The notes under the pieces are model-generated. The model was not told the origin of the DNA. It made no database searches and was given only the letters and a program-made list of their open reading frames with translations. A program made the translations under genes and the position numbers. 64,000 nt of DNA, taken from assembly GCA_016699385.1 (NCBI GenBank), contig CP064974.1, positions 339,042 to 403,041 on the forward strand, in the 5' to 3' direction. This DNA is from Candidatus Moraniibacteriota bacterium. Its GTDB lineage: Bacteria; Patescibacteriota; Minisyncoccia; Moranbacterales; UBA1568. Shown here piece after piece: positions 51,029 through 60,123 of this stretch. The first letter of the stretch is position 1. Every line of letters begins with the position of its first letter.

Positions 51029-51240
51029 AGTGAGAAGAAAAATGGGTAAGGGAGTCTGCGGGAGTATAGGTAAAGTATAACAGAAAAAGGGAAAAGAAAG
51101 CTATTTCTCCCTTGCGGGAATAGTTCCCGTCTTTTGAAGTATGCAGAATATTCCAAAAATCCAAAATATAGTGTAAGGTTTCAACAGGTTTGTGGCTTTG
51201 AACTCATGAAGAGGAAAAAGTTTTATTTTGTGTGATTTGT

Positions 51241-51567
51241 ATGGCATCCCAGATTTCTCCAAGAAAACCAGTGGTGAAAGTGTGTGTTCATCGCGATTGC
51301 TGTGAGGGAGGGTCGGAACGGATATACGCTCGACTTTCGAAAGAGGCTTCGTCTGATATGGACATCCGGAAGACCGAGGATTGTTTTCGGTTTTGTAAAA
51401 AAGGTCCCAATGTCGCGGTTGATGGCAATGTTCTCCATCACGTGAGTGAGGGAAATGCTCTCTCTCGCATTCGCTCCGAAATTCGTGCACCCTCTACAAA
51501 GAAGGATGGCATCGGTACGCGCACGATTGACGAACTCGATGACCTGCTCGATAACCTTTGCGCGTGA
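51241..51567 (+). CDS. Thioredoxin-like [2Fe-2S] ferredoxin domain protein
   Basis: Cys pattern CVHRDCC...CFRFC in a ~100-aa protein, fitting the Trx-like 2Fe-2S ferredoxin family (NuoE-like fold). Confidence 0.5.
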   Translation: MASQISPRKPVVKVCVHRDCCEGGSERIYARLSKEASSDMDIRKTEDCFRFCKKGPNVAVDGNVLHHVSEGNALSRIRSEIRAPSTKKDGIGTRTIDELDDLLDNLCA

Positions 51568-51662
51568 GACGAGGTGTTGCTTTCTTTTGGAACATGATAT
51601 ACTAAGCGAAAGAGTTTTTTTAATGATGGGTAACCGTACAAGGAGGGGTACACATCGCATGT

Positions 51663-52109
51663 ATGGCAGAAGAACCGATATTGAATGAAGAATGGTCTGA
51701 GGAGAATGACGTGCCGACAAAAAGTTTGATGGATCGGGTGCGAGAATTGCGGAGTAATTTCCAGAAGAGACTTGCCGAGGGGAGCGTCTTGACGTTCGTC
51801 CTGCTTTTTGTGTTTGGAATATTCTTTGGAATAGCAGCGAAAGCAGTTGCTTCGAGAAGTATTTTGATAGGGTATTGGGACTATACGATAACTCCCCAAG
51901 AAAAAGCCGCTGTGAATCTCAATGCGGTTCAACAGAGGCTCGCGACTCGTCAGGAAGAGGAGGCGAAGTCGCAAAAGGAAAGCGCCGCACCGGCGACAGA
52001 TGACGCTTCTGGTGCGGATGCCTCGAATGGTGATGCGCCAGAAGGGAAATTGCCGCCACTTCCGCCGACACCTGAGCCGCCAGCTTCTCCTGATACAGCG
52101 CAGGAATAG
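51663..52109 (+). CDS. Membrane-anchored protein with a Pro/Ala-rich tail
   Basis: 148 aa with a single TM helix (VLTFVLLFVFGIFFGIAA) and a C-terminal low-complexity P/E/A region. Confidence 0.4.
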   Translation: MAEEPILNEEWSEENDVPTKSLMDRVRELRSNFQKRLAEGSVLTFVLLFVFGIFFGIAAKAVASRSILIGYWDYTITPQEKAAVNLNAVQQRLATRQEEEAKSQKESAAPATDDASGADASNGDAPEGKLPPLPPTPEPPASPDTAQE

Positions 52110-52141
52110 GGAAACGATATATTTCCATTTATTTATGTTTA

Positions 52142-53320
52142 ATGTCGGATATTATGGATTTTCTGAATAAAAAAGATACGGATGAAAAGGATGATGATTT
52201 CGGGACATCGTTTCTCGGAGGGTCTTCTGAAAATGAGAACTTTGATGATGCTCCCGAAGAGGAACTCTTAAATGAATCGGACGAAAATCGCGAACTCACC
52301 AAGAAGGTGAAGAATCTCACTGCGCTCCTCCTCATCGTGTGCGGGCTCTTTGTAGGAAGTCTCTATGTTGATATCTCACAGCTTGTGACGAAATCGGGAT
52401 TTTCTTCGCGAGCGCTCAAGACGACGGATGTCGTCACAGCAGGAGGGAAGACCTGGGTTGCTTATGATCAGCCAGTCGTTCATGTGACCGTACTCTCTGA
52501 AGAGTCTTGCAAGGACTGTCAGACCGATGAAGCTCTCGTCTGGCTTCGTCGCATCCTGCCTACGGTGTCTGTCGAAGTACTCGATATTTCAAAAGATTCC
52601 CAGGCGAAAGATATTGCGAAATCTGCCAATGTTACGTCGATTCCCGCTTTCGTCTTCTCCAAGGAAGTGGCGAGTGTCCCGGTATATGAACAGGCACAGC
52701 AGCTTTTCACCCCGCTCAATGACAAAGAGGGTCGATATATGCTCGATACGGCGCAAGTCGGTATCCCTGTTGGGAAATATCTCGAATTACCCGAGGTGAA
52801 GGACACGGATATTCAATCGGGGTCAAAGGATGCTCCTATTCGCGTGGTGGAATTTACCGACTTCCAGTGCCCCTATTGCAAAGCCTTTCACCAGACGCTC
52901 CAAGAAACACTCAAAGAGTATGGTGACAAAGTGCTCTATGTCTACAAGAACTATCCGCTTCCGATTCACGCGCAGGCAGAAAATGCCGCTCTCGCCGGAG
53001 AATGCGCCAATGATCAAGGAAAATTTACAGATTATGCCGACAATTTGTTTGCCAAGCAAGACGAATGGGGGAAGACTACGGGTGTGCAGAAGTTCAAAGA
53101 CTATGCGCGTACACTGAAGCTTGATACCGCCCAGTTCAATACCTGTTTGGATGACAAGAAGCATCAAGATAGCGTGACAGCGAGCCTCGATGAGGGGAAG
53201 AAATTTGGTATTAGCGGTACACCGGGAACCTTTGTAAACGGCACATTCTTGAATGGCGCTGTCCCACAAAGCGACCTCAAAGCCGCTATCGACGCCGAGC
53301 TTGCGACGCTTTCGAAGTAA
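52142..53320 (+). CDS. Membrane-anchored DsbA-family thiol:disulfide oxidoreductase (tandem thioredoxin folds)
   Basis: Acidic N-terminal segment, a TM anchor, a degenerate first Trx-like domain (CKDC), and a second domain with the canonical CxxC (FQCPYCKAF) plus the DsbA helical insert. Confidence 0.75.
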   Translation: MSDIMDFLNKKDTDEKDDDFGTSFLGGSSENENFDDAPEEELLNESDENRELTKKVKNLTALLLIVCGLFVGSLYVDISQLVTKSGFSSRALKTTDVVTAGGKTWVAYDQPVVHVTVLSEESCKDCQTDEALVWLRRILPTVSVEVLDISKDSQAKDIAKSANVTSIPAFVFSKEVASVPVYEQAQQLFTPLNDKEGRYMLDTAQVGIPVGKYLELPEVKDTDIQSGSKDAPIRVVEFTDFQCPYCKAFHQTLQETLKEYGDKVLYVYKNYPLPIHAQAENAALAGECANDQGKFTDYADNLFAKQDEWGKTTGVQKFKDYARTLKLDTAQFNTCLDDKKHQDSVTASLDEGKKFGISGTPGTFVNGTFLNGAVPQSDLKAAIDAELATLSK

Positions 53321-53340
53321 TGTGATATTTGCCTGCCTTT

Positions 53341-53378
53341 GGGTCGTCGCTTGCGAGCGACGACCCTTGTCTTTTTCG
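53341..53378 (+). terminator. Rho-independent terminator after the DsbA-like gene
   Basis: 11-bp perfect stem gggtcgtcgct / agcgacgaccc with loop tgcg, followed by ttgtctttttc. Confidence 0.7.
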
Positions 53379-53430
53379 AGGTGACGCGATACACTGGAAT
53401 CCAGTTTCAGTGGCTTGTAACGGACATTTC

Positions 53431-53504
53431 GGGCCTGTAGTAAAGTGGTATTACGCAGCATTCGCATTGCTGAGTCGGGAGTTCGATTCTCCCCAGGTCC
53501 ACCA
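53431..53504 (+). tRNA. tRNA-Ala (anticodon CGC), with encoded CCA
   Basis: Acceptor GGGCCTG/CAGGTCC with the G3·U70 alanine identity pair. Anticodon arm CAGCA-TTCGCAT-TGCTG and T-arm GGGAG-TTCGATT-CTCCC. A 3' CCA is present. Coordinates ±2 nt. Confidence 0.8.
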
Positions 53505-53598
53505 AATCTTCTCTCTCGAATGTTTGAGGTGTATTTCTATGTATCGCGCCGACCATTCCTGAAGCTCTTGGAACAATACCAAGGCACAGCACCGTCGG

Positions 53599-54099
53599 AT
53601 GAATACGGAGTTTATCGAAGAACTGAAGGAATATGTGACCGAGCGCGAAGACTGCTTCGAAAGAAAACGCGAGGAAAGCACGAGGCATATTGTGGTGGCG
53701 GTTCTTCTTCTGGTGACGCTGGATTTCAAGATTTAGTGCTGGACGCAACCAGGAGGGCATGCCGACGGCAATCCGAATCTCCATACCGTCGCTCTGAAAG
53801 AACTCGAAGAGGAAACTGGAGTAACGGACGCGAAATTCGCCTCTCTTATTTCGATTGATATTCATCACTTCGATTATGCTCCCGAAGTGTTTGGGTACCG
53901 AAAGAATATCTACAACGTGTGCTTTATCGCGATTCTTCCGAAACATCAAGAGCCAAAGATTATGGAACCGAAGAAATGCGAAGCTATGCATTGGGCGACG
54001 TCGGAAAATGCCCTCGACATGATACGCTCAAAACTGCACGAAGGCGCGGAAAGGCTTATTCGAAAGTGGCAAAAATTTGGGGAAAAACGGGAAGTATAA
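53599..54099 (+). pseudogene. NUDIX hydrolase gene with an in-frame amber (TAG) codon
   Basis: A single reading frame gives MNTEFIEEL...VVAVLLLVTLDFKI-TAG-CWTQPGGHADGNPNLHTVALKELEEETGV... The stop at 53734-53736 sits 7 codons upstream of the NUDIX box. The homologous reading frame resumes downstream. Confidence 0.5.
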
Positions 54100-54149
54100 T
54101 GAAAAATGAAAAGGGGAGAATCGGGTGTTTTTCCGGTCTCCCCAATGGG

Positions 54150-54785
54150 TTAACGTATTCTTTTTTCCGCAAGGATCCAAACGTGTTTCTCATCACTCCC
54201 GTAGTCTTTTTCATTGAGAGCTTTGAGAATCGTGAGTCCACACTGTGATATGATGCCGAGATTTGTCTCCGTATCAAAATAGCTCCATGCCATTCTTGAT
54301 CCGCAGAACCCGTCTCTTTCTTTGTAGGCAACGTCTTCTGTGCCGACAGTAATGAGGAGTCGCCCGGTTGGTTTGAGCGTGCGCGCAATTTCGGCAATGA
54401 CTTGAGCATGCCGGTCTCGCGGAGTGTGGAAGAGTGCATAGAGAGAAATGACCGCGTCAAATTGTCCATTCGGAAAGCGATAATCCAGGAAATCTCCCAG
54501 GATATACTGTGCCGAGGGGACATTGTTGCGCGCCATTGCGACATGCTTTTCCGATAAGTCTATACCGGTAACTCTCAATCCTTGTTGCGTTAGGTAGAGA
54601 TCATAGGGAACTCCCGATCCCGATCCGAGATCCAACACTTTCGCCCCTTGCTCAAGTCCTTGAATGAGTTTCTTGAAAAAGAGGAGTTCAAACAGTGTGA
54701 GCGAAAATCTGTTTCGGTAAACGCTGGGATAATTCCCTTCGTTGTACCCGGTTCTTACCGTTTCCTGCATGGACCTTTCATTCAT
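54150..54785 (-). CDS. Class I SAM-dependent methyltransferase
   Basis: Motif I VLDLGSGSGV and the overall Rossmann-fold methyltransferase pattern. Confidence 0.7.
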   Translation of the reverse strand: MNERSMQETVRTGYNEGNYPSVYRNRFSLTLFELLFFKKLIQGLEQGAKVLDLGSGSGVPYDLYLTQQGLRVTGIDLSEKHVAMARNNVPSAQYILGDFLDYRFPNGQFDAVISLYALFHTPRDRHAQVIAEIARTLKPTGRLLITVGTEDVAYKERDGFCGSRMAWSYFDTETNLGIISQCGLTILKALNEKDYGSDEKHVWILAEKRIR

Positions 54786-55081
54786 GGGTCGATCCTTTTG
54801 AGGTAGGGGTGTGACAAATGAACACGAGACGTATATTGGGATGCTTCATGGCGATAATGATTGATATCGAAATATCTCCTCCTTGGAAACCATTGGTTTT
54901 GGCATAAAAACCTCGAAATCATTTGATTTCTTGGGATATTAAAGAACAATACCACACTGTATCAAGAAGTTCCCTTTTTGTAAAAGGAATTTCCCCTAAT
55001 CTTTATTACATACTTAATTGAAAATTGCACAGAGAATCATGTGCACATGATTCGAGCCCGCTCTATCGCTATCCCAAATTC

Positions 55082-55109
55082 TTGCCACCCGCGGATTTCT
55101 GCTATAATG
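55082..55109 (+). promoter_or_regulatory. Sigma-70-like promoter for ddl (TTGCCA-16 nt-TATAAT)
   Basis: Consensus -10 TATAAT about 30 nt upstream of the ddl start, with a 5/6 -35. Confidence 0.45.
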
Positions 55110-55139
55110 AGGTTCCAAATTCGTATTTGAAGTAGTTTT

Positions 55140-56240
55140 ATGAAAAAGAAGGTAAAGGTTGGGATTATTTTTGGGGGCAAGTCGGCAGAGCATGAGGTTT
55201 CTTTGCAATCAGCCAAGAATGTCATTGATGCAATTGATAAAGACAAATATGAACCTGTCCTTATTGGTGTAGACAAAAAGGGAAAATGGCCTTTGGTGGA
55301 AAGCTCAAAGTTTCTTTTAAGGAGTGGGAATCCAGAGTTAATTACACTCAACAACGAAACCGGTCAGAGCATCGCGCTCGTTCCACAAAGTGAAGGAAGA
55401 ATAGAAAACCTTGATACTCACGAATCGAATCAGTCTATCGATGTTGCATTTCCGATATTGCATGGCCCGTTTGGTGAGGATGGAACGGTGCAAGGCTTGC
55501 TGAAGCTTGCCAACATTCCTTTTGTGGGGGCAAGTGTTTTAGGTTCGGCAGTCGGAATGGACAAAGATATAATGAAGCGCTTGCTTCGAGACGCAGAAAT
55601 ACCAATAGGAAAGTTTTTGACGTTTACGGAAAGGGACATCCCGAGGTATGAAGAGGTTGTTAAAAATCTTGGGTTGCCGTTTTTTATAAAACCCGCAAAT
55701 ATGGGTTCATCGGTTGGAGTGAGTAAAGTTGTCGAGGAAAAAGACTTTGAAAAAGCAATCAAAGAAGCATTTAAATACGATAGGAAAATTCTTATTGAAG
55801 AGAATATCGAGGGACGAGAAATCGAATGTTCCATTCTCGGAAATGATGATCCGGTTGCTTCTGTTCCTGGGGAGGTTATCTCCAATCACGACTTTTATTC
55901 TTACGAAGCAAAGTATAGAGATGAACACGGTACAATACTTGAAATTCCAGCAAAGCTTCCGGAGGAGACTCGTAAAAGAGTTCAAATGCTCGCGGTAAAA
56001 ACTTTCAAAACCCTGTCTTGTGAGGGATTGGGGCGCATTGACTTCTTTCTCAAAAAGAATGGCGATATTTTGGTTAATGAAATCAACACCATGCCTGGAT
56101 TTACCTCGGCCAGCATGTACCCAAAATTATGGGAGGCAAGTGGAATTTCATATACCGAACTCATAGACCGCTTAATTCAGCTAGCGCAAGAAAGATTTAA
56201 CAAAGAACAAAAACTCAAAACATCCTATGATACGGAGTGA
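55140..56240 (+). CDS. ddl: D-alanine--D-alanine ligase
   Basis: ATP-grasp enzyme with a typical Ddl N-terminus (KVGIIFGGKSAEHEVSLQSA) and C-terminal motifs. Confidence 0.9.
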   Translation: MKKKVKVGIIFGGKSAEHEVSLQSAKNVIDAIDKDKYEPVLIGVDKKGKWPLVESSKFLLRSGNPELITLNNETGQSIALVPQSEGRIENLDTHESNQSIDVAFPILHGPFGEDGTVQGLLKLANIPFVGASVLGSAVGMDKDIMKRLLRDAEIPIGKFLTFTERDIPRYEEVVKNLGLPFFIKPANMGSSVGVSKVVEEKDFEKAIKEAFKYDRKILIEENIEGREIECSILGNDDPVASVPGEVISNHDFYSYEAKYRDEHGTILEIPAKLPEETRKRVQMLAVKTFKTLSCEGLGRIDFFLKKNGDILVNEINTMPGFTSASMYPKLWEASGISYTELIDRLIQLAQERFNKEQKLKTSYDTE

Positions 56241-56351
56241 CTTTCATGAGTTCACTAGGATAGAAAACAGTTAAACTCGATTATTGGGGAGTATTTGATG
56301 CTCACTGATAAGCCAAAAGTTTTTGGAGAATCTAATCTGTAAAAAGATGCG

Positions 56352-58046
56352 CTATTTCTCCGTGACAAGTGCGTCTGGGTTTGCGTCTTTGGAGAAGGTG
56401 ACGGAATCTTGGGTGAAGGTGCTTTCGTGAATGTCGATGTCTTTTGAAGAGGGGCCTGAAATGACGAGGCAATCTTTGCGGGCGAGGGGGCATCTCGTGT
56501 TCTTGAAGGTGATAGCTGAACTGTTGGCGATATCGAAGACAGAGCCTTTTGTCGGGACGGCGGAAATGGTATCAAATGTGAGAGAATTTGCCTCCTCTAT
56601 CTGGGAGCCCCATTTGGCGAATATTTTGATGTTTTTGAAAGTGATATCGGTAATTGGCTGTTCGATGAGTCCGCTGATTTCTATTGAGCGGTCGGTTTTC
56701 CCGACAGTCATGTTTTCTACATGGATATTGCGGAAAAGGGGGATGGCACCGACACCTTTGATGAAAGAGTTCTCATAGGAAGTAGTGAGCTGGATAGCAG
56801 CGATGGAGGCATAGTCTATCTTGATTCCATCTGCGTAAATGTTTTCAACGATACCACCACGACCTTTTGATGATTTGATGCGAAAGCCGTATTGTACCAT
56901 GTTTGCCGAGAGATTTTCGATGAAAACATTGCGTACATCGCCGGACATCTCACTGCCAATCGCGACGGCGGCATGTGCCTCGAGTATGGAATTATTGCGT
57001 ATGAGGACGTGCTCGGCGGGCATTCGGACACGGAGACCATCTCGGTTTCTGCCGGATTTGAGGACGATGGCATCGTCGCCCGTGCTAAAGACACTGTTTT
57101 CGATGAGGACGTTTTGGGAGGAGTCGAGGGCGACGCCGTCAGTGCTTTGTCCCTCGCTGGTTTCGATATGGACGCCGCGAACAATGATGTTTTTGCTATA
57201 GAGGGGATGAATCGTCCACATGGGACCGTTTTGTATGCTTACCCCTTCTACGAGCACGCGATCACAATTCATAAACTCTATGAATGCTGGGCGCAGAGAA
57301 TCCTTGACTGTTCCGAAGACGCGCTCGGATACGGGGGTGCCGTCATCTCCCATTTGGTAGAGTCTTTTGATGGGCTTGTCCCAGTTGCGCATCGCAGCCC
57401 ACCAGGCAGCTCCTTGACCATCAAGCGTGCCTTCGCCGGTGATAGCCACATTGAAGGCGTTTGCGGTGTAGATGGGCGCTGAGTAGTTGTAGTATTCGAT
57501 GCCTTCGAATCGGGAGAAGACTGCTGGCAAGTATTCTTCGAAGTTGGTGCTAAAGAGAATAGTCGAGCCTTTCTCGAGATGAAGATTGATATTGCTTGCG
57601 AGATGTATAGGACCGGTAAACCAGGTGCCGGGAGGCACGATCACAGTTCCACCGCCAGTACGGGCGCAATCGTCTATTGTTTTCCGAAAGGCTTCTGTAT
57701 TGGAAGTGACACCATCGCTTATGGCGCCATAGTCGACAATCGAGCAGGTATGCTCAGGAAAGCCAACTTCCTCAAGAGTAAATGATGCACCGGAGAGGGT
57801 TTTGAGCGTTGCGACAGATGTCGGGGGTGGGATGAGCTTGGATATATCTGGAAATTCACGAGGAATTTCGGGCGCTTCCACAGAATCAGTATTCTCTGGG
57901 GAAATTTTTTTGGTAAAGACTGTCGATGAGGAACTCAATTCGCGAAGCTGCTCTCCGTAAAGAGTCCATACTCCGAAGAGTACGCTGATAACAAGTCCCC
58001 CCAGAAGGATGAGTATCAATGGCATGCGAAAATTCCCTCGAGGCAT
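56352..58046 (-). CDS. Membrane-anchored glycoside hydrolase family 28-like (polygalacturonase-type) beta-helix protein
   Basis: N-terminal TM anchor. GH28 signature blocks STDG, GDDAIVLKSG (GDDCIAIKSG-type), AIGSEMSG (G.SIGSE-type) and FRIKSSKGRGG (RIK). Confidence 0.7.
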   Translation of the reverse strand: MPRGNFRMPLILILLGGLVISVLFGVWTLYGEQLRELSSSSTVFTKKISPENTDSVEAPEIPREFPDISKLIPPPTSVATLKTLSGASFTLEEVGFPEHTCSIVDYGAISDGVTSNTEAFRKTIDDCARTGGGTVIVPPGTWFTGPIHLASNINLHLEKGSTILFSTNFEEYLPAVFSRFEGIEYYNYSAPIYTANAFNVAITGEGTLDGQGAAWWAAMRNWDKPIKRLYQMGDDGTPVSERVFGTVKDSLRPAFIEFMNCDRVLVEGVSIQNGPMWTIHPLYSKNIIVRGVHIETSEGQSTDGVALDSSQNVLIENSVFSTGDDAIVLKSGRNRDGLRVRMPAEHVLIRNNSILEAHAAVAIGSEMSGDVRNVFIENLSANMVQYGFRIKSSKGRGGIVENIYADGIKIDYASIAAIQLTTSYENSFIKGVGAIPLFRNIHVENMTVGKTDRSIEISGLIEQPITDITFKNIKIFAKWGSQIEEANSLTFDTISAVPTKGSVFDIANSSAITFKNTRCPLARKDCLVISGPSSKDIDIHESTFTQDSVTFSKDANPDALVTEK

Positions 58047-58066
58047 AGCGGAGAGTGTTTCAAAAT

Positions 58067-59923
58067 TTATTCTGATGAAGTTTCTCGGAGAAAGAGTTGT
58101 TCGCTAGGGATGACTTTGACAAAGTTGTCCAATCGATTTCCAATTGTGAATGTATTCGCGGTTTCGTCTGTTTCGTAGGCTTTCTTGAAATCGAGCGGGT
58201 CGCTTCCGGGATGAGAGAGCTTGAGTGTTCTTGATCGACGCCCCGAGGAAACGACGACATAGTCGACGTGAAGATTGCGCAAATCTTTCTGACTGAGACC
58301 CGTGCGACATTCTCCGATAAAGGCAGCGCAGACCGCTCCCTTGTCCGACCAGATGCTGATATCGCGTGGATTGGGAAGATGATTGAGGAAGTCAGCTGCT
58401 TCCCAGCTTCCATCGCCCATGTCCTTGAGATTGACGAAATAGGGTTTTGGGAGAAGTGATGAGGTGTAAGCGAAATAGAATGGTTTGACAGAAAGAAGGC
58501 TGATGTAGGATATGGCAAGAATGATAAGGATAGCTACGAGGGGGGAGAGATATTTTCGGAGTCGCTCTGAAGAGAGGAGGAAGGAAATGCCGATTGCCGA
58601 AAGAATAAACGCGAAAGGGAAAAGAGTTATCTGATATCTGACGGTGGCAATAACATGATTGACGGTTGAGGCGGTGTAGTAGAGGAGTATGAAGATTACG
58701 AGAAAGAAGGCGATTTTGGTTTCTCTTGAATCGATATGTTTTTTCATCATACCCATGACGAGTGTCGCCATGAGCGCCACAAGTGCAAGTGGCGAGATGC
58801 CAAACATAAGGCTGTAGAGATCGGCAACAATATTGTCAGCAAAGATAAAAAGTCGGGAATCATCTCCTCCGGAGCCTTTCGGAGAGGCAAGAGAAGCATC
58901 GGTGCTAAAGATGCTCATGCCACTCAGAGTGTTGAATGCCACAAAAAGAAGGGCGATGATGAGTATGCCGAATGCAACGCGAATAAATAGTATGCGATAT
59001 TTCGAGAGCGTATTGAGGATGAATGATGTTACGGTGTTCTTGAAGAGAAGAGCATCAGCGACGATGAGGGTGATGAGTCCGGCAAAGAGCGGCCACGTAC
59101 TTGCGAAAGCCTTACTGAGAAATGTCCCTTCGAGAATCATTTCGGGGTGCTTCCATGTTGCTGGAAAGAGGGCGAAAAATGTTGCCAAGGAGATAGCGAC
59201 GAGTAAAAAGTAGTGTATTGCGGAGCGCTTCAAATAGGCTCGCATGTCTGGCTTGTCCTTGGAGAGAATGTATTCTAGGAAAGGGAGGACAAAGAAAAAT
59301 ATATAGAGAATATTGGCGACGTATTTGGTGAGGAGTGAAAGCCCGAGGAAGATACCGCTTGTGTAGAGGTACTTTTTCTCAGCATTCTTCTGAAAGACGA
59401 AATAGCTCAACACGGACAGCGGGAGAAATATCCAAAGGAGTGAGTCGGGATTGATGATGAGGGAGATGCCGAGGAGTATCGGAGAGAGTCCGATGAAGAC
59501 GAAGGCAACAAGGGCGGTTGTTTCATCGAATAATTTTTTGAGAAAAATATAGAAAAGTGGAAGAGAGATGAGGCAAAATAGGAAAATCGGAAGACGAAAG
59601 AAAAAGTTGATGTCATTGATGGCGCGAAGCTCTTCATCTGTCTTCACATCATCGCGGAGACTTTTGTAAGGAAGTGGGTCGATCTTCAGGAGTCCGGCGC
59701 CGGAGAGAATAGCGGTAGTGATGCCAGGCTTGTCATTGATATTGGTCGAACGCCATTTTCCCTCAGCGATAGCCTTCCAGAATTTTGGCGTTCGCCCGTA
59801 TGTCCAGTAAGGTTCATCGACGGCAGAGTAGGATTCGAGACGCAGGAGCCCGAGCGAGAGATTGATGGCAAGTACTGCGGTGATAATAAATGGTGCAATG
59901 TATCTTTTGTAGGATATTTTCAT
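58067..59923 (-). CDS. PMT/ArnT-family (GT39/GT83-like) lipid-carrier-dependent glycosyltransferase
   Basis: 618 aa with ~12 TM helices. The N-terminal DE-containing first-loop region and overall topology match GT-C mannosyl/arabinosyl transferases. Confidence 0.6.
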   Translation of the reverse strand: MKISYKRYIAPFIITAVLAINLSLGLLRLESYSAVDEPYWTYGRTPKFWKAIAEGKWRSTNINDKPGITTAILSGAGLLKIDPLPYKSLRDDVKTDEELRAINDINFFFRLPIFLFCLISLPLFYIFLKKLFDETTALVAFVFIGLSPILLGISLIINPDSLLWIFLPLSVLSYFVFQKNAEKKYLYTSGIFLGLSLLTKYVANILYIFFFVLPFLEYILSKDKPDMRAYLKRSAIHYFLLVAISLATFFALFPATWKHPEMILEGTFLSKAFASTWPLFAGLITLIVADALLFKNTVTSFILNTLSKYRILFIRVAFGILIIALLFVAFNTLSGMSIFSTDASLASPKGSGGDDSRLFIFADNIVADLYSLMFGISPLALVALMATLVMGMMKKHIDSRETKIAFFLVIFILLYYTASTVNHVIATVRYQITLFPFAFILSAIGISFLLSSERLRKYLSPLVAILIILAISYISLLSVKPFYFAYTSSLLPKPYFVNLKDMGDGSWEAADFLNHLPNPRDISIWSDKGAVCAAFIGECRTGLSQKDLRNLHVDYVVVSSGRRSRTLKLSHPGSDPLDFKKAYETDETANTFTIGNRLDNFVKVIPSEQLFLRETSSE

Positions 59924-60123
59924 GGGAATAATACAAAAAATGTATCTTTCAACAGCGATTTTATGATACAGGAAATGAAGAGGTTTGCAAAGAAGACATG
60001 GCTTGTAGAGAGCATTATCGCTTTACGAAGAGCGCTTGGAGGTGATAGAATACCCCATGGTATTATAGTATTGAATCGAGTACTCTCTGTCCAAAAGAGC
60101 ATGAGCTTATACGCAAAGCCTTT

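Noticed and set aside
53445-53858. 137-aa plus-strand ORF spanning tRNA-Ala
   Set aside because: Overlaps the tRNA-Ala gene and is out of frame with the NUDIX homology. Arg-rich nonsense translation.
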